Shown: positions 29,494 to 40,083, counted from the stretch's first letter. The stretch is DNA of 64,000 nt from Streptomyces griseus (GCA_945865365.1 CAMBDL010000006.1:2994-66993), one strand, 5' to 3'. The notes: a model not told the origin generated them from the letters alone. Numbers and translations: made by a program.

Positions 29494-30978
29494 TTAATTA
29501 AGATCGACCCAGGTAGTTTTTAAAGCGCTATATGCATCTAAAGCATGTAAAGACTTGTCGCGACCGCTTCCGGATGCACCAAAGCCACCAAATGGCGTAA
29601 TGACATCTAGCATGTCAAAAGTATTTACCCAGACGGTTCCGGCACGTAGTTTGCGTGCAAACGTATGGGCTTTAGCGATATTACTTGTCCAGACAGATGC
29701 TGCTAAACCGTATTCAGTTCCATTAGCTAAATGAAGTGCATGGTCTTCATTGTTGGCATCGATTGCTACGAGTACCGGACCAAAAATCTCTTCTTGAGCT
29801 AAACGCGATTCTGGTTTTACGTTATCAACGAGCGTTGGCTTGATTAATAACTCATTACCACTAGCTTTTGCCCCACCAAAAATTACTGTTTCGCCTTCTT
29901 GGCCAATCAAATCTAAATAAGAATTAACGCGATCGCGTTGAATCTCTGAGACTAAGCCCGCCATCTGAGTAGCTGGATCAAATTGATCTCCAACGACAAA
30001 GCTTGCTAAGAAAGCGTGTAGGTGGTGGAAGAGCTCATCTTTGATCTCTTTTTCAACAATAATTCGCGAGCCAGCGTTACACGTTTGTCCTGCGTTGTAA
30101 TAGATTGCCCACCCAATAGTCGATGCTGCAGTCTGTAGATCTACGCAATCCTTCAGTACAACTTGCGGACTCTTACCGCCGAGTTCAAGAGAGACTTGTT
30201 TCATATTTGATTCTGCCGCGTACTGCATCATCTTGCGCCCAGTTGGTCCGCTGCCAGTAAATGCGATCTTGGCAACATCCATATGTCGAGCAAGGGCTTG
30301 ACCTGCTTCTGCGCCCAAACCTGGAACAACGTTAAAAACGCCGTCAGGTAAGCCTGCAGCAGTTGCAAGTTCAGCCATCTTGAGTGCGCTCAATGAAGAG
30401 TTTTCGGCCGGCTTAACAACAATGCTATTGCCCATTGCAATTGCTGGGCCAAGTTTCCAACTTGTAATCATCATCGGATAGTTCCATGGCACAACTGCGC
30501 CAATCACTCCTAACGGCTCACGCGTAATCATTGCCAAAGCGTTACGTGGGGAAGGTGCTATTTCGTCATATGTCTTATCAATTGTTTCGGCATACCACTG
30601 AATTACGCGCGCTGAATTAGGCGCATCAACAGAGAGCGCATCACTTATTGGACGGCCAGTATCGATCGCCTCAAGGAAAGCTAACTCATCACGGTGTTCA
30701 CCTAACAACTGCGCCCAGCGCAGCATAATAATCTTCTTATCGCGCGGATTCATATCTCGCCAAGTTCCAACATCAAATACTCGTTTAGCGCTAGCCACTG
30801 CTCTATTTATATCTTCAGTGTCTCCTGAGGCAATCTTACCTATAGTGCGATTTTGTCCTGGAGCATTATTGTCAAAAACCTTTCCAGATGCAGCATCGCA
30901 GTATTTTCCATCGATAAAAATCTTTGCATCTATTTGAAACGAAGATGCTTTTTCCTGCCACATGTCGCGTTCGGCCAT
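29494..30978 (-). CDS. Aldehyde dehydrogenase, PuuC/KauB-like
   Basis: REPLGVIGAVVPWNYP, ELGGKSP, NAGQTCNAG, GRDKSLHALDAY. Confidence 0.88.
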   Translation of the reverse strand: MAERDMWQEKASSFQIDAKIFIDGKYCDAASGKVFDNNAPGQNRTIGKIASGDTEDINRAVASAKRVFDVGTWRDMNPRDKKIIMLRWAQLLGEHRDELAFLEAIDTGRPISDALSVDAPNSARVIQWYAETIDKTYDEIAPSPRNALAMITREPLGVIGAVVPWNYPMMITSWKLGPAIAMGNSIVVKPAENSSLSALKMAELATAAGLPDGVFNVVPGLGAEAGQALARHMDVAKIAFTGSGPTGRKMMQYAAESNMKQVSLELGGKSPQVVLKDCVDLQTAASTIGWAIYYNAGQTCNAGSRIIVEKEIKDELFHHLHAFLASFVVGDQFDPATQMAGLVSEIQRDRVNSYLDLIGQEGETVIFGGAKASGNELLIKPTLVDNVKPESRLAQEEIFGPVLVAIDANNEDHALHLANGTEYGLAASVWTSNIAKAHTFARKLRAGTVWVNTFDMLDVITPFGGFGASGSGRDKSLHALDAYSALKTTWVDLN

Positions 30979-30982
30979 GCGC

Positions 30983-31726
30983 TTATGCTAGTACCAATAA
31001 AAACTTTATTCCCGCGATGATAAGTACACAACCTAGAGCCCGTTTGATTCCACTATGTGAAAAGCGAGTAGTTCCATACTGTGTCCCGATGGCAGCGCCA
31101 AGGATTACTGCCACTAAAAATAAGGGTAAAGTCGAGGGAAGCGAAGAGGTGGAAGAAAAATTACCCAGTAGGCCAGCTAGGGAGTTGAGAAAAATAAAGG
31201 CTGCCACTGTTCCGCTGGCCGATTTCACAGCTGTCCACCCCAGCCAAATAATAAGGGGGGACAAGAAGATGCCGCCGCCTGTGCCTGTGATGCCAGATAA
31301 CAAACCTATACAAAGCCCGATAAAGATCGCCAAGGCTGGAATTACTTCCCGCCTAGTTTTATCGCCCTGTTGAGATTGCACAATAAAACGCAGGCCTGAA
31401 AAAAGTAATAACACACCAATAATGGGTTTATAGAGTGTGTCGGCTAGGTGAATGCGGCCTCCAATAAATGCTGCAGGTATCGCGCCGATACTTAAGTACA
31501 TCAAGAGTCTTTTATTAAAGAGCCCTCGCTTTATATAGCGCCAACTAGCAAGGCAAGAGACGAAAATATTAAGTGTGAGCGCCGTTGGCTTTATCACGAC
31601 TGCGGGTAGATCAAAAAGAGTCATCACTGCAATATAGGCAGATGCTCCTGCGTGCCCAACAGAGGTATAAAGAATCGCCCCAAGAAAAAGAAGTAATGCA
31701 ATGACGAGATTGTGGAGCTCAAACAT
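30983..31726 (-). CDS. TauE/SafE (TSUP) family exporter
   Basis: SVGHAGAS, GITGTGGGIFL; hydrophobic 247 aa. Confidence 0.88.
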   Translation of the reverse strand: MFELHNLVIALLLFLGAILYTSVGHAGASAYIAVMTLFDLPAVVIKPTALTLNIFVSCLASWRYIKRGLFNKRLLMYLSIGAIPAAFIGGRIHLADTLYKPIIGVLLLFSGLRFIVQSQQGDKTRREVIPALAIFIGLCIGLLSGITGTGGGIFLSPLIIWLGWTAVKSASGTVAAFIFLNSLAGLLGNFSSTSSLPSTLPLFLVAVILGAAIGTQYGTTRFSHSGIKRALGCVLIIAGIKFLLVLA

Positions 31727-31728
31727 GT

Positions 31729-33162
31729 TTAGTTTTTTACTACCCGATATGTAGTTAAAGTCGAATCGGTGGCATAAGCAATGCGCACACCGGCAGATTT
31801 AGTGGTGGCTAGTCCATTCACAATATCGTGAGTCAAAATCTCACCAGGTGCAACCACTGCTACTCCAGGTGGATATGGGGCAATTAAGTCGGCCGAAATT
31901 CGTCCAGTTGCATGGGCGGCCAAAACCATTTCAGTGTCAGCAAAGTAGGCCTCGCGCATTGAAATTCCTACGTGAGGTACCACCGACCAACTCAGTGATG
32001 TCGCAGTGGCTCGAGGTGAAGTGGCTAATGACTTGAGAATAGGAATCAGAGCCTTCGCTAACTCTTCAAACTCAACTGGGCTATCGGCCACAGTAGCTAA
32101 GAAAACGATTGTGTCACTATCGGCCATTTCGATACGGATATTGCACATCTGTAAGGCTTTTTCTATCTCAACACCAGATGCCCCTAATTGATTTGCGCGC
32201 AAAACAATCTTTGTTGGGTCAAAGCGTCCCGATGGAAAATCGGTGGCATTTAAAAAGATTGGAATCTCAAAGTTAGATTGGATTTCGCTCTTAAATTTCT
32301 CAACATTAGCTACTAACTCTTGGATTAACTCTTCACCACGGGTTTGCAAAAGTGCACGACATCCATCGATTGAGGCTAATGGGGCACCAGCAGGTGAGGT
32401 GGTATGCGTAGTCTCAAAGCTCTGCTCAATTCGATCTAAGTTCAGATACTTTCCTTGTGCCAATAAAATCGCCGAAGCGCTATAGCCAGGCAGAGCTTTG
32501 TGCATGCTAGTAATCAATGCATCAGCACCTAAGGCAAGACAGTGCTGGGGAAGCAAACTAGAAAAACCAAAGTGAGCGCCCCATGCAGCATCAACAATTA
32601 CCGGTATCGAATGTGCGTGTGCGCTAGAAATAAGTGCGGGCATATCCGAGAGTGTTCCAAGATATCCGGGTTCGGTCAGCAAGAGTGCAATTGGATTCTG
32701 ATCGAGGATTTTTTCAAACTCTTGCACAGAGATTCCAATTGGAACTCCCGTTGACCCATCAATGTCGGGGGATAGCCAGATTGGTTCAAGTCCGGCTAGA
32801 ACTAAGGCACTTAAAACCGAGCGATGGGCAGTGCGTGAGAGTGCAACTTTCTCGCCAGGTTGGCCAAGAGCCAAGATGATCGCTTGGTTTGCATGCGTTG
32901 AACCCCCAGTTGAAAACCGTGCAAAGTCAGTGTTCCACAATGTGGCAGCCAAGCTTTCAGCTCTTCGTAAAACCTGGTGCGTTAATTTAATTTCATCCAA
33001 GCCGCCATAAAGAGGAGTATCGCTATCTACAACCTGACCAAGTCCAGCATCTAAGCGTGATGCCCGTTGCTTATGCCCAGGGATCGTGAAAGGAGTTCGC
33101 TTGCTCTCAAAGTAGGAAAGGTAGGCATCTAATAACGGTGCCGAAACTCTCAGTGAACTCAT
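31729..33162 (-). CDS. Orn/Lys/Arg decarboxylase family PLP enzyme
   Basis: FTIPGHK, VDAAWGAH, SMHKAL PLP lysine, TTSP, PYPPG. Confidence 0.9.
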   Translation of the reverse strand: MSSLRVSAPLLDAYLSYFESKRTPFTIPGHKQRASRLDAGLGQVVDSDTPLYGGLDEIKLTHQVLRRAESLAATLWNTDFARFSTGGSTHANQAIILALGQPGEKVALSRTAHRSVLSALVLAGLEPIWLSPDIDGSTGVPIGISVQEFEKILDQNPIALLLTEPGYLGTLSDMPALISSAHAHSIPVIVDAAWGAHFGFSSLLPQHCLALGADALITSMHKALPGYSASAILLAQGKYLNLDRIEQSFETTHTTSPAGAPLASIDGCRALLQTRGEELIQELVANVEKFKSEIQSNFEIPIFLNATDFPSGRFDPTKIVLRANQLGASGVEIEKALQMCNIRIEMADSDTIVFLATVADSPVEFEELAKALIPILKSLATSPRATATSLSWSVVPHVGISMREAYFADTEMVLAAHATGRISADLIAPYPPGVAVVAPGEILTHDIVNGLATTKSAGVRIAYATDSTLTTYRVVKN

Positions 33163-33218
33163 GGGCTTAGCCTAACTTTTAGGGCTTTGCTTGGGAAATA
33201 TGGGCTTAGACTTTAACC

Positions 33219-34559
33219 ATGAACACACTGACTAATCTGACCCAAGAACGCCGTCTGGTCACTGCTATTCCAGGACCAAAATCATTAGAAGCGCTCAAGC
33301 GCCGCAGTGAGGCGACATCGGGAGGATTGGGAATTGCGATTCCAGTCATCATCGAACGAGCTAGTGATGCGATCTTGCTGGATATCGATGGCAATCAGAT
33401 TATCGATTTGGGTTCAGGTATCGGTGTGGTCAGCGTCGGTAACTCCGCCAGCCGCGTTGTAGATCGCGTCATTGAGCAAGTGCAGGCATTTACTCACACA
33501 TGCTTCACGGTGGCTCCGTATATGAATTATATTGAAGTCTGCGAAAAATTAAATGAGCTCACACCGGGAAGCCACAAGAAGAAGTCGTTGCTAGTTAACT
33601 CTGGCGCCGAAGCTGTTGAGAACGCAGTCAAGATTGCTCGTCTCTTTACAAAACGTCCAGCGGTTGTAGTTTTTGAACACAGCTATCATGGGCGTACAAA
33701 TTTGACGATGGCGTTAACTGCCAAGAACATGCCATACAAAGAGGGCTTTGGACCTTTTGCCCCCGAGGTTTATAGAGTGCCTATGCCGTATTCATTCCAC
33801 TGGGTTGGAAATCAAGCGACAATTACTGAAGATGCAATCGAGATGGTTACACATAAAATTGAAAAAGAGATTGGCGCACATAACGTTGCCGCGATTTTGA
33901 TCGAACCAATTCAGGGCGAAGGTGGCTTTATTGTTCCGCCAAAGGGATTCTTGCCTGCACTATCAAAGTACTCGTCAGATAATGGAATTCTCTTTATCGC
34001 CGATGAAGTACAAACTGGATTTGCTCGTACGGGCCACATGTTTGCTATGGAGGAAGAAAACGTTGTGCCAGATATTGTTGTCACGGCTAAGGCAATTGCA
34101 GGCGGGTTGCCACTAGCAGGCATCACCGGTCGAGCCGATGTAATGGACTCAGTTCACGCATCAGGTCTGGGTGGAACCTTCGGCGGAAATCCAGTTGCAT
34201 GCGCCGCAGCTCTTGGAGCAATGGAGACGATAAAGGCTGAAAACCTTGTCGGTCGTGCTCAGCACATCGGCAGTATTTTAGGTGAGTCTCTACGTGCTCT
34301 CGCCAAGAAATATCCAATTATTGGTGAAGTCCGTGGGCGTGGTGCCATGCAGGCCATTGAACTAGTTGAAGCTGGAACTAAAATTCCAAATACCGCTGCG
34401 ATGAATGCGGTAGTCAAATACTGCCAAAGCAAGGGCGTCCTCGTACTTACTGCCGGAACTTACTCCAACGTAGTGCGCTTCTTGCCTCCACTGGTTATTT
34501 CAGATGAACTATTACGCGATGCTATGAGCGTTTTAGATGAGGCTTTCGCTTCACTGTAG
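33219..34559 (+). CDS. gabT: 4-aminobutyrate--2-oxoglutarate aminotransferase
   Basis: NSGAEAVENAVKIAR, SYHGRT, IADEVQTGFARTG, AKAIAGG. Confidence 0.92.
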   Translation: MNTLTNLTQERRLVTAIPGPKSLEALKRRSEATSGGLGIAIPVIIERASDAILLDIDGNQIIDLGSGIGVVSVGNSASRVVDRVIEQVQAFTHTCFTVAPYMNYIEVCEKLNELTPGSHKKKSLLVNSGAEAVENAVKIARLFTKRPAVVVFEHSYHGRTNLTMALTAKNMPYKEGFGPFAPEVYRVPMPYSFHWVGNQATITEDAIEMVTHKIEKEIGAHNVAAILIEPIQGEGGFIVPPKGFLPALSKYSSDNGILFIADEVQTGFARTGHMFAMEEENVVPDIVVTAKAIAGGLPLAGITGRADVMDSVHASGLGGTFGGNPVACAAALGAMETIKAENLVGRAQHIGSILGESLRALAKKYPIIGEVRGRGAMQAIELVEAGTKIPNTAAMNAVVKYCQSKGVLVLTAGTYSNVVRFLPPLVISDELLRDAMSVLDEAFASL

Positions 34560-34568
34560 AAAACTTAA

Positions 34569-35255
34569 TTAATTTTCTAGCTTGTACCCTAAGCCGCGAA
34601 TAGTCTGAATTAGTAATGGGTTAGCTGGATCAACTTCGATCTTTGCCCGTAAGCGCTTGACGTGGACATCCAAAGTCTTTGTGTCGCCGAAGTAATCTCC
34701 ACCCCACACACGGTCAATTAACTGCGAACGAGTTAACACTCGCCCAGAGTTTCGCATTAAGAATTCAAGGAGCTCAAACTCTTTTAGTGGCAGTGCAATT
34801 GGATTTCCATTTATCGAGGCTTGATGACGAGCAGTATCTAGTCGGATGGGTCCAACTGAAATAACCTCTAGATCTGCACTTAAATCAGCGTCAGATATTC
34901 CCCGACGAAGTACGGCCTTGATACGGGCAATTAATTCGCGGGAGGAATAAGGCTTAGTTACATAATCGTCGGCACCAAGTTCTAGACCAACGACCTTGTC
35001 GATTTCAGCATCTTTAGCTGTCAACATAATAATTGGAACTTGTGAAGTAGTCCGAATAGTACGACATACATCTACTCCAGAGATTTCAGGAATCATGAGA
35101 TCTAGGAGTATCAAGTCAGCACCTTCTTTAGCAAAGGTAGTTAGTGCCGTACGGCCATCTTCAGCCACGCTGACTTCAAATCCCTCTTTACCTAAGAGAA
35201 ATGCAAGAGCCTCTGAAAATGAGCTTTCATCTTCAACGATTAATATTTTGGTCAT
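34569..35255 (-). CDS. regX3: OmpR-family response regulator RegX3
   Basis: ILIVEDE, LLDLMIP, GADDYVTKP, WGGDYFGDTKTLDVHVKRLR. Confidence 0.93.
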   Translation of the reverse strand: MTKILIVEDESSFSEALAFLLGKEGFEVSVAEDGRTALTTFAKEGADLILLDLMIPEISGVDVCRTIRTTSQVPIIMLTAKDAEIDKVVGLELGADDYVTKPYSSRELIARIKAVLRRGISDADLSADLEVISVGPIRLDTARHQASINGNPIALPLKEFELLEFLMRNSGRVLTRSQLIDRVWGGDYFGDTKTLDVHVKRLRAKIEVDPANPLLIQTIRGLGYKLEN

Positions 35256-36316
35256 TCTGTGCTCTCCATAGGTGGTAAATAGATGGGTAATCGAAGAGAA
35301 AAAGTACTCCCGACATTTTCAACGCTCCAGATTTTCACTTCACCCCCATGTTTAGCGGCAACGTGCTTAACGATAGAAAGCCCAAGCCCGGTTCCGCCAG
35401 TTTGACGAGAGCGGGCTGGGTCAACACGGTAAAAACGTTCAAAGATTCGATCTTGTTCTGCATCAGAAATTCCAATTCCCTGGTCGGTTATTGCAATACT
35501 AATTACATTATTTTCTACTGAGGTTGTAATAGAAACTTTTGTATTTTCGGGAGAGTAGTTGATGGCATTTTCTATTAGATTATGAAGTGCCATGATTAAC
35601 TGATCACGATCACCTAGAACAATTGATGATGTTGATTCGGCATATGTGACAGTAATTGTTCGATTATCAGCTGCAATCTGACATTCATCAATAGCCTCAC
35701 GAATCAGATACTCCACGCCGACTTCTTGCGCTAGCTGAAGTGGATCAGAGTCTTGAACTCTTGAGAGATGAATAATCTCTTGCACTAAATCAGTGAGTCG
35801 CTTAGCTTCAGACTGCATGCGTGTTGCAAATTTAACAACTGATTCAGGGTCATCTTTTGATCCTAAGACTGCCTCGCTCAATAGTGAAAGCGCGCCAATA
35901 GGGGTCTTCAACTCATGTGAAATATTTGCTACAAAATCCCGTCGCACATCATGAACACGCTGGGCTTCACTTTCATCAGTGACTAACACTAAAACGAGAT
36001 CATCCTTTGTAAGTGGCAAAACTTTAACCGTAAGCTCATGTTTGCCTTCACCAATTGGGCCACGTGGAATATCGATTTTTCCAACTTGTTGATTATTCGT
36101 ACGGCGAACAACTCGAACAGTTGCAAGGAGTTCAGAGCTTTGAATTTTGCCATCTTTGAAAATACCTAGAGCCTCTATCCCAGGGGTAATAAATATCGGG
36201 ACTTCGCCAGGGGCGACAATTATTGAATCCCCATCTAATTGGCTCAGCGTTTCAAGCAGCATCTCGGGCACGACTCGAGGATTTGGCTCCTCTAAGTCCC
36301 TGCGCAAGAACTTCAT
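35252..36316 (-). CDS. senX3: Sensor histidine kinase SenX3 (no predicted TM helix)
   Basis: RRDFVANISHELKTP H-box, N/G boxes, RSRQTGGTGLGL. Confidence 0.92.
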   Translation of the reverse strand: MKFLRRDLEEPNPRVVPEMLLETLSQLDGDSIIVAPGEVPIFITPGIEALGIFKDGKIQSSELLATVRVVRRTNNQQVGKIDIPRGPIGEGKHELTVKVLPLTKDDLVLVLVTDESEAQRVHDVRRDFVANISHELKTPIGALSLLSEAVLGSKDDPESVVKFATRMQSEAKRLTDLVQEIIHLSRVQDSDPLQLAQEVGVEYLIREAIDECQIAADNRTITVTYAESTSSIVLGDRDQLIMALHNLIENAINYSPENTKVSITTSVENNVISIAITDQGIGISDAEQDRIFERFYRVDPARSRQTGGTGLGLSIVKHVAAKHGGEVKIWSVENVGSTFSLRLPIYLPPMESTE

Positions 36317-36344
36317 ATCCGAACTCTATAGGCTTGAAACCCCA

Positions 36345-36384
36345 GTTTACCTTCCGTTCACCTAAGCGTGGGTCTCTATTCATC
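36345..36384 (+). promoter_or_regulatory. PHO-box-like 11-bp direct repeats upstream of phoU
   Basis: GTTTACC (36345), GTTCACC (36356) and ATTCATC (36378) lie on an 11-bp register; -10 TAGGTT at 36394. Confidence 0.72.
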
Positions 36385-36406
36385 ATCTCCACATAGGTTT
36401 TGCGTC

Positions 36407-37060
36407 ATGGCCCTTATTAGATCCGTTTTCCAAGACGAGCTCGACGGCATATCTCAATCCTTAGTTGATTTGACTTCTATGGTTGCAGAATCGATGTCAA
36501 AAGCAACGACGGCAATTCTAACCTGTGATTTAAAACTTGCAGAAGTAGTTATCGTTTCAGATGAAAAAATCGATGAATTTCAGCACGATATCGATTCGCG
36601 AATTATTGACATTATTGCAAGGCAGCAACCTGTGGCATCGGATTTACGTGCTTTAGTGACAGCTCTTCGAATGGGTTCAGATCTTGAGCGAATGGGAGAT
36701 CTTTCCCACCATGTCGCAAAGATTGCTCGCATGCGTTATCCAGATTCTGCCGTTCCAGCCGAGCTAGTAGAAATAATTGCAGCCATGGGAAAGGCGGCGA
36801 TAAAAATTACTGATAAAACAGGAGTGGTAATTTCTACACGCGATACCGAAATGGCACTTGAGCTTGAACGCGATGATGATGAAATTGATGGGTTGCATCG
36901 CCAACTCATCAGCATTCTTATTGAGCCAACCTGGAAGCATGGAATTGAAACCGCAATCGACTTAACACTTTTGGGACGCTATTACGAGCGTTATGCCGAT
37001 CACGCCGTTTCAATCTCACGACGGGTTTACTTTTTGGTAACCGGTAAGTTTGCTTCATAA
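36407..37060 (+). CDS. phoU: Phosphate signalling protein PhoU
   Basis: ARQQPVASDLR, DLERMGDL, ERYADHAV; start ATG 36407. Confidence 0.95.
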   Translation: MALIRSVFQDELDGISQSLVDLTSMVAESMSKATTAILTCDLKLAEVVIVSDEKIDEFQHDIDSRIIDIIARQQPVASDLRALVTALRMGSDLERMGDLSHHVAKIARMRYPDSAVPAELVEIIAAMGKAAIKITDKTGVVISTRDTEMALELERDDDEIDGLHRQLISILIEPTWKHGIETAIDLTLLGRYYERYADHAVSISRRVYFLVTGKFAS

Positions 37061-37061
37061 C

Positions 37062-38045
37062 ATGTCAGTGCAAGAGTTGGTTATTCCAAAGCCGAGAGAA
37101 ATCACGACAGAGCCGCGTTTTTCGGACAAGGTTTTTCGCGGCGTAGTCACAACAGGTGGCCTATCGTCGCTCTTACTCCTTGGCCTCATCGCTCTTTTTC
37201 TGGGCTACCGCGGCTTTGAGGTTTTGCGCCAAGAGGGAATTGGTTTTATCACCCACTCAGATTGGTCAATCTCAACCGATGACGCCGGAAATGTGCTTGA
37301 AAGTCACTTTGGGTTAGCTGCGATGCTCGTTGGAACGATTCTCTGTTCGCTCATCGCTGTATCCATTGCACTTCCAGTCTCAGTATTGTGTGCGCTTTTT
37401 CTCAACTTTTATGCACCAAACTGGTTGAAGAAAATTATGGTCACCATTATTGACATGATGGCTGCATTTCCATCCATCCTTTTTGGAATCTGGGGCTTCC
37501 TAGTTCTGATGCCAAGTGCTCAATATTGGGCAACACTGCTTCATCGCTATCTTGGATTTATCCCCATTTTTGATATGCAGCTACCAGTATTTACTCGTTC
37601 ACCATTTGTCGCAGGGGTCGTTTTAGCAATCATGATTATTCCAATTATCACGTCGGTGTCTCGCGAGATTTTTTCACAGGCACCACTTGATCGTATTCAA
37701 GCCGCATATGCGCTAGGTGCAACACGTTGGGCCATGATTAAAGTAGTAGTAATACCGCATGGCCGAAGTGGTGTAATTGGCGGAGCAATGCTTGGCCTTG
37801 GACGCGCGATGGGTGAAACCGTTGCAGTATTTACCGTTTTAAATATCGTTTTTCAAATTAACTGGCAGATGCTTCTAGGAGCAGGCGGCAACGTAGCCTC
37901 ACTAATTATTTTGAAGTTTGGTGATGCGAGCCCTTATGAGATTAAGGCTTTAATGGCAGCTGGCTTAGTTCTCTTTCTCTTAACCTTACTTGTCAATGCC
38001 ATTGCAAATTTAATAGTGAGAACCACTGGAAAGTCGGGACGATGA
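37062..38045 (+). CDS. pstC: Phosphate ABC permease PstC
   Basis: GRAMGETVAV, AYALGATRW. Confidence 0.95.
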   Translation: MSVQELVIPKPREITTEPRFSDKVFRGVVTTGGLSSLLLLGLIALFLGYRGFEVLRQEGIGFITHSDWSISTDDAGNVLESHFGLAAMLVGTILCSLIAVSIALPVSVLCALFLNFYAPNWLKKIMVTIIDMMAAFPSILFGIWGFLVLMPSAQYWATLLHRYLGFIPIFDMQLPVFTRSPFVAGVVLAIMIIPIITSVSREIFSQAPLDRIQAAYALGATRWAMIKVVVIPHGRSGVIGGAMLGLGRAMGETVAVFTVLNIVFQINWQMLLGAGGNVASLIILKFGDASPYEIKALMAAGLVLFLLTLLVNAIANLIVRTTGKSGR

Positions 38046-39091
38046 GCACCACGGTTACAGCGGTACCGACTAAGCCGTGGCAGGCATCAAAGCGCGAACG
38101 AGCCCTCGATTCTGGGATCTTTCTCGCTGCGATAACTACTTCTTTCACGGTGATTGCACTGACCCCAATGAAAGGAAAGCTCGCTTACTTTGCCATCTTT
38201 TTCATTGCATATGCCTTACTAACATCTATTTTAAAAGGCAGTCAGCGAGGAAGTGCTGCAGCAAAAGATGCACTTATAAACTCACTAGTTGCAATGGGTG
38301 CGATAGTTACCGTAATTCCTGTTGCTAGCATCTTGGCTACTGTGCTTGCAAAAGGCTTACCAGGCATCAGTTTTGGCCTCTTTACCCACGATATGGCACT
38401 TGCTACATCTACGGATCCGCTTAACAATGGTGGCCTACTTCATGCAATTACGGGCACGCTCACATTGGTAGCGATTGCATTAGTGCTGAGTGTTCCGATT
38501 GGAATTTTAACTGCGCTCTACCTCACCGAAATAAAAGGAGTCTTCACAGGCCCCATTCGTTTCTTGGTTCAAGCCATGAGTGGCGTTCCATCGATTGTTG
38601 CGGGCCTATTTATTCTCTCAGCGATTTTGTATCCGATCACTAAGGCGTATTCAGGCCTCATGGGCTCACTCTCATTAACTATTTTGATGATTCCTACGAT
38701 CGCGCGGACATCTGAAGAGGTTCTTAATTTAATCCCTAATGAGTTGCGCGAAGCTGGAACCGCTTTGGGTGGAACTCAATGGCGCACAGTTGCGATGATA
38801 GTTTTACCGGCAGCTAGAAGTGGTTTGGTTACCGCCATTATCCTGGGAGTTGCACGCATCGCCGGAGAAACTGCACCTATTCTCTTGCTCACCGGTGGAG
38901 GGGACACAGTCAATCCCAACGCTTTTAGCGGACCAATGGGCTCATTGCCGTATTACATCTGGAAATCATTTAACGCCGGCTCGCCTGAAGCGCTTACGCG
39001 TGCATGGGCAGGCCTATTAGTTCTGGTAGGGCTTGTGCTCATTCTCTTCACATCAGCACGTTACTTGGGATCTAGAAAGGCCGCGAAATGA
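38042..39091 (+). CDS. pstA: Phosphate ABC permease PstA
   Basis: [19 protein letters not shown]. Confidence 0.95.
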   Translation: MSTTVTAVPTKPWQASKRERALDSGIFLAAITTSFTVIALTPMKGKLAYFAIFFIAYALLTSILKGSQRGSAAAKDALINSLVAMGAIVTVIPVASILATVLAKGLPGISFGLFTHDMALATSTDPLNNGGLLHAITGTLTLVAIALVLSVPIGILTALYLTEIKGVFTGPIRFLVQAMSGVPSIVAGLFILSAILYPITKAYSGLMGSLSLTILMIPTIARTSEEVLNLIPNELREAGTALGGTQWRTVAMIVLPAARSGLVTAIILGVARIAGETAPILLLTGGGDTVNPNAFSGPMGSLPYYIWKSFNAGSPEALTRAWAGLLVLVGLVLILFTSARYLGSRKAAK

Positions 39092-39966
39092 CACCATCAC
39101 ACGAGAACGAAAAGGAAACCATGGACACGAGCGTTAAACCAAGTTCACTAGCCGATGTTGCGCAGGCTAAGCCAGCTAAAGTTCCAGGGACTCGGGCAAT
39201 GGGTACTGGTCTTGAAACCCGTGGAGTGCACGCCTGGTTCGGTAAGCACCATGCGCTCTCTGATATCTCTTTAGATTTTGCCGCAGGTACGGTTACCGCC
39301 TTGATTGGACCTTCGGGCTGCGGTAAATCAACTTTTATTCGCACTATTAATCGCATGCACGAGTTCATTCCAACTGCTGCTATGGCCGGTGAAGTCTTAT
39401 TGGATGGTAAAGATGTTTATGCCCCGGGTACGGATGTCACCAAAATCCGTCTTCAAATAGGAATGGTCTTTCAAAAGCCAAATCCATTTCCTTCAATGAC
39501 TATTGGCGAAAATGTTTTATCAGGCCTCAAACTCGCCCAGATAAAGGTTGATAACAAAGATGATTTGCTTGAAGAAAGTCTTGAGCGCGCGGGTTTATGG
39601 AGTGAAGTGAAGGATCGCTTAGGCGCTCACGGTGGTTCCCTCTCTGGTGGCCAGCAACAGCGCTTATGTATTGCTCGTGCCTTAGCTGTGCGACCACAAG
39701 TCTTATTAATGGATGAGCCATGCTCTGCCCTTGATCCAGGATCAACGCTTCGTATCGAAGAGACGATTCGTCACTTATCTGACAGCATGACAATCATTAT
39801 TGTCACTCACAACATGCAACAGGCGGCACGTGTATCTGACTACACCGCCTTCTTTTTGTCCGACGGTGGCCCTGGACAGATGATTGAGGTTGCGCCTACA
39901 AGTGAGATCTTCTCACGCCCTCAGGACAAGCGCACGGAAAACTACGTAACTGGGCGTTTCGGATAG
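39088..39966 (+). CDS. pstB: Phosphate ABC ATPase PstB
   Basis: [38 protein letters not shown]. Confidence 0.96.
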   Translation: MTPSHENEKETMDTSVKPSSLADVAQAKPAKVPGTRAMGTGLETRGVHAWFGKHHALSDISLDFAAGTVTALIGPSGCGKSTFIRTINRMHEFIPTAAMAGEVLLDGKDVYAPGTDVTKIRLQIGMVFQKPNPFPSMTIGENVLSGLKLAQIKVDNKDDLLEESLERAGLWSEVKDRLGAHGGSLSGGQQQRLCIARALAVRPQVLLMDEPCSALDPGSTLRIEETIRHLSDSMTIIIVTHNMQQAARVSDYTAFFLSDGGPGQMIEVAPTSEIFSRPQDKRTENYVTGRFG

Positions 39967-39968
39967 TC

Positions 39969-40060
39969 ATTTACCTACTGTTCACTTAGAAGTCGAAGAG
40001 CGTTTGGATTCCGAGCGCTCTTCGTTCATTTATCTTCCATATGTTTACCCCGTATTTCAA
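39969..40060 (+). promoter_or_regulatory. PHO-box-like repeats upstream of pstS
   Basis: ATTTACC/GTTCACT at 39969/39980; GTTCATT at 40024; GTTTACC/ATTTCAA at 40043/40054. Confidence 0.55.
39994..40030 (+). terminator. Stem-loop after pstB (terminator or mRNA stabiliser)
   Basis: CGAAGAGCG-TTTGG-ATT-CCGAG-CGCTCTTCG followed by TTCATT. Confidence 0.7.
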
Positions 40061-40083
40061 ACATACCTACAAAGGGGAAAAAA

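Noticed and set aside
29494-31726. TauE plus ALDH as a SafE/SafD sulfoacetate module
   Set aside because: The ALDH has PuuC/KauB-type motifs and there is no taurine transporter or aminotransferase context
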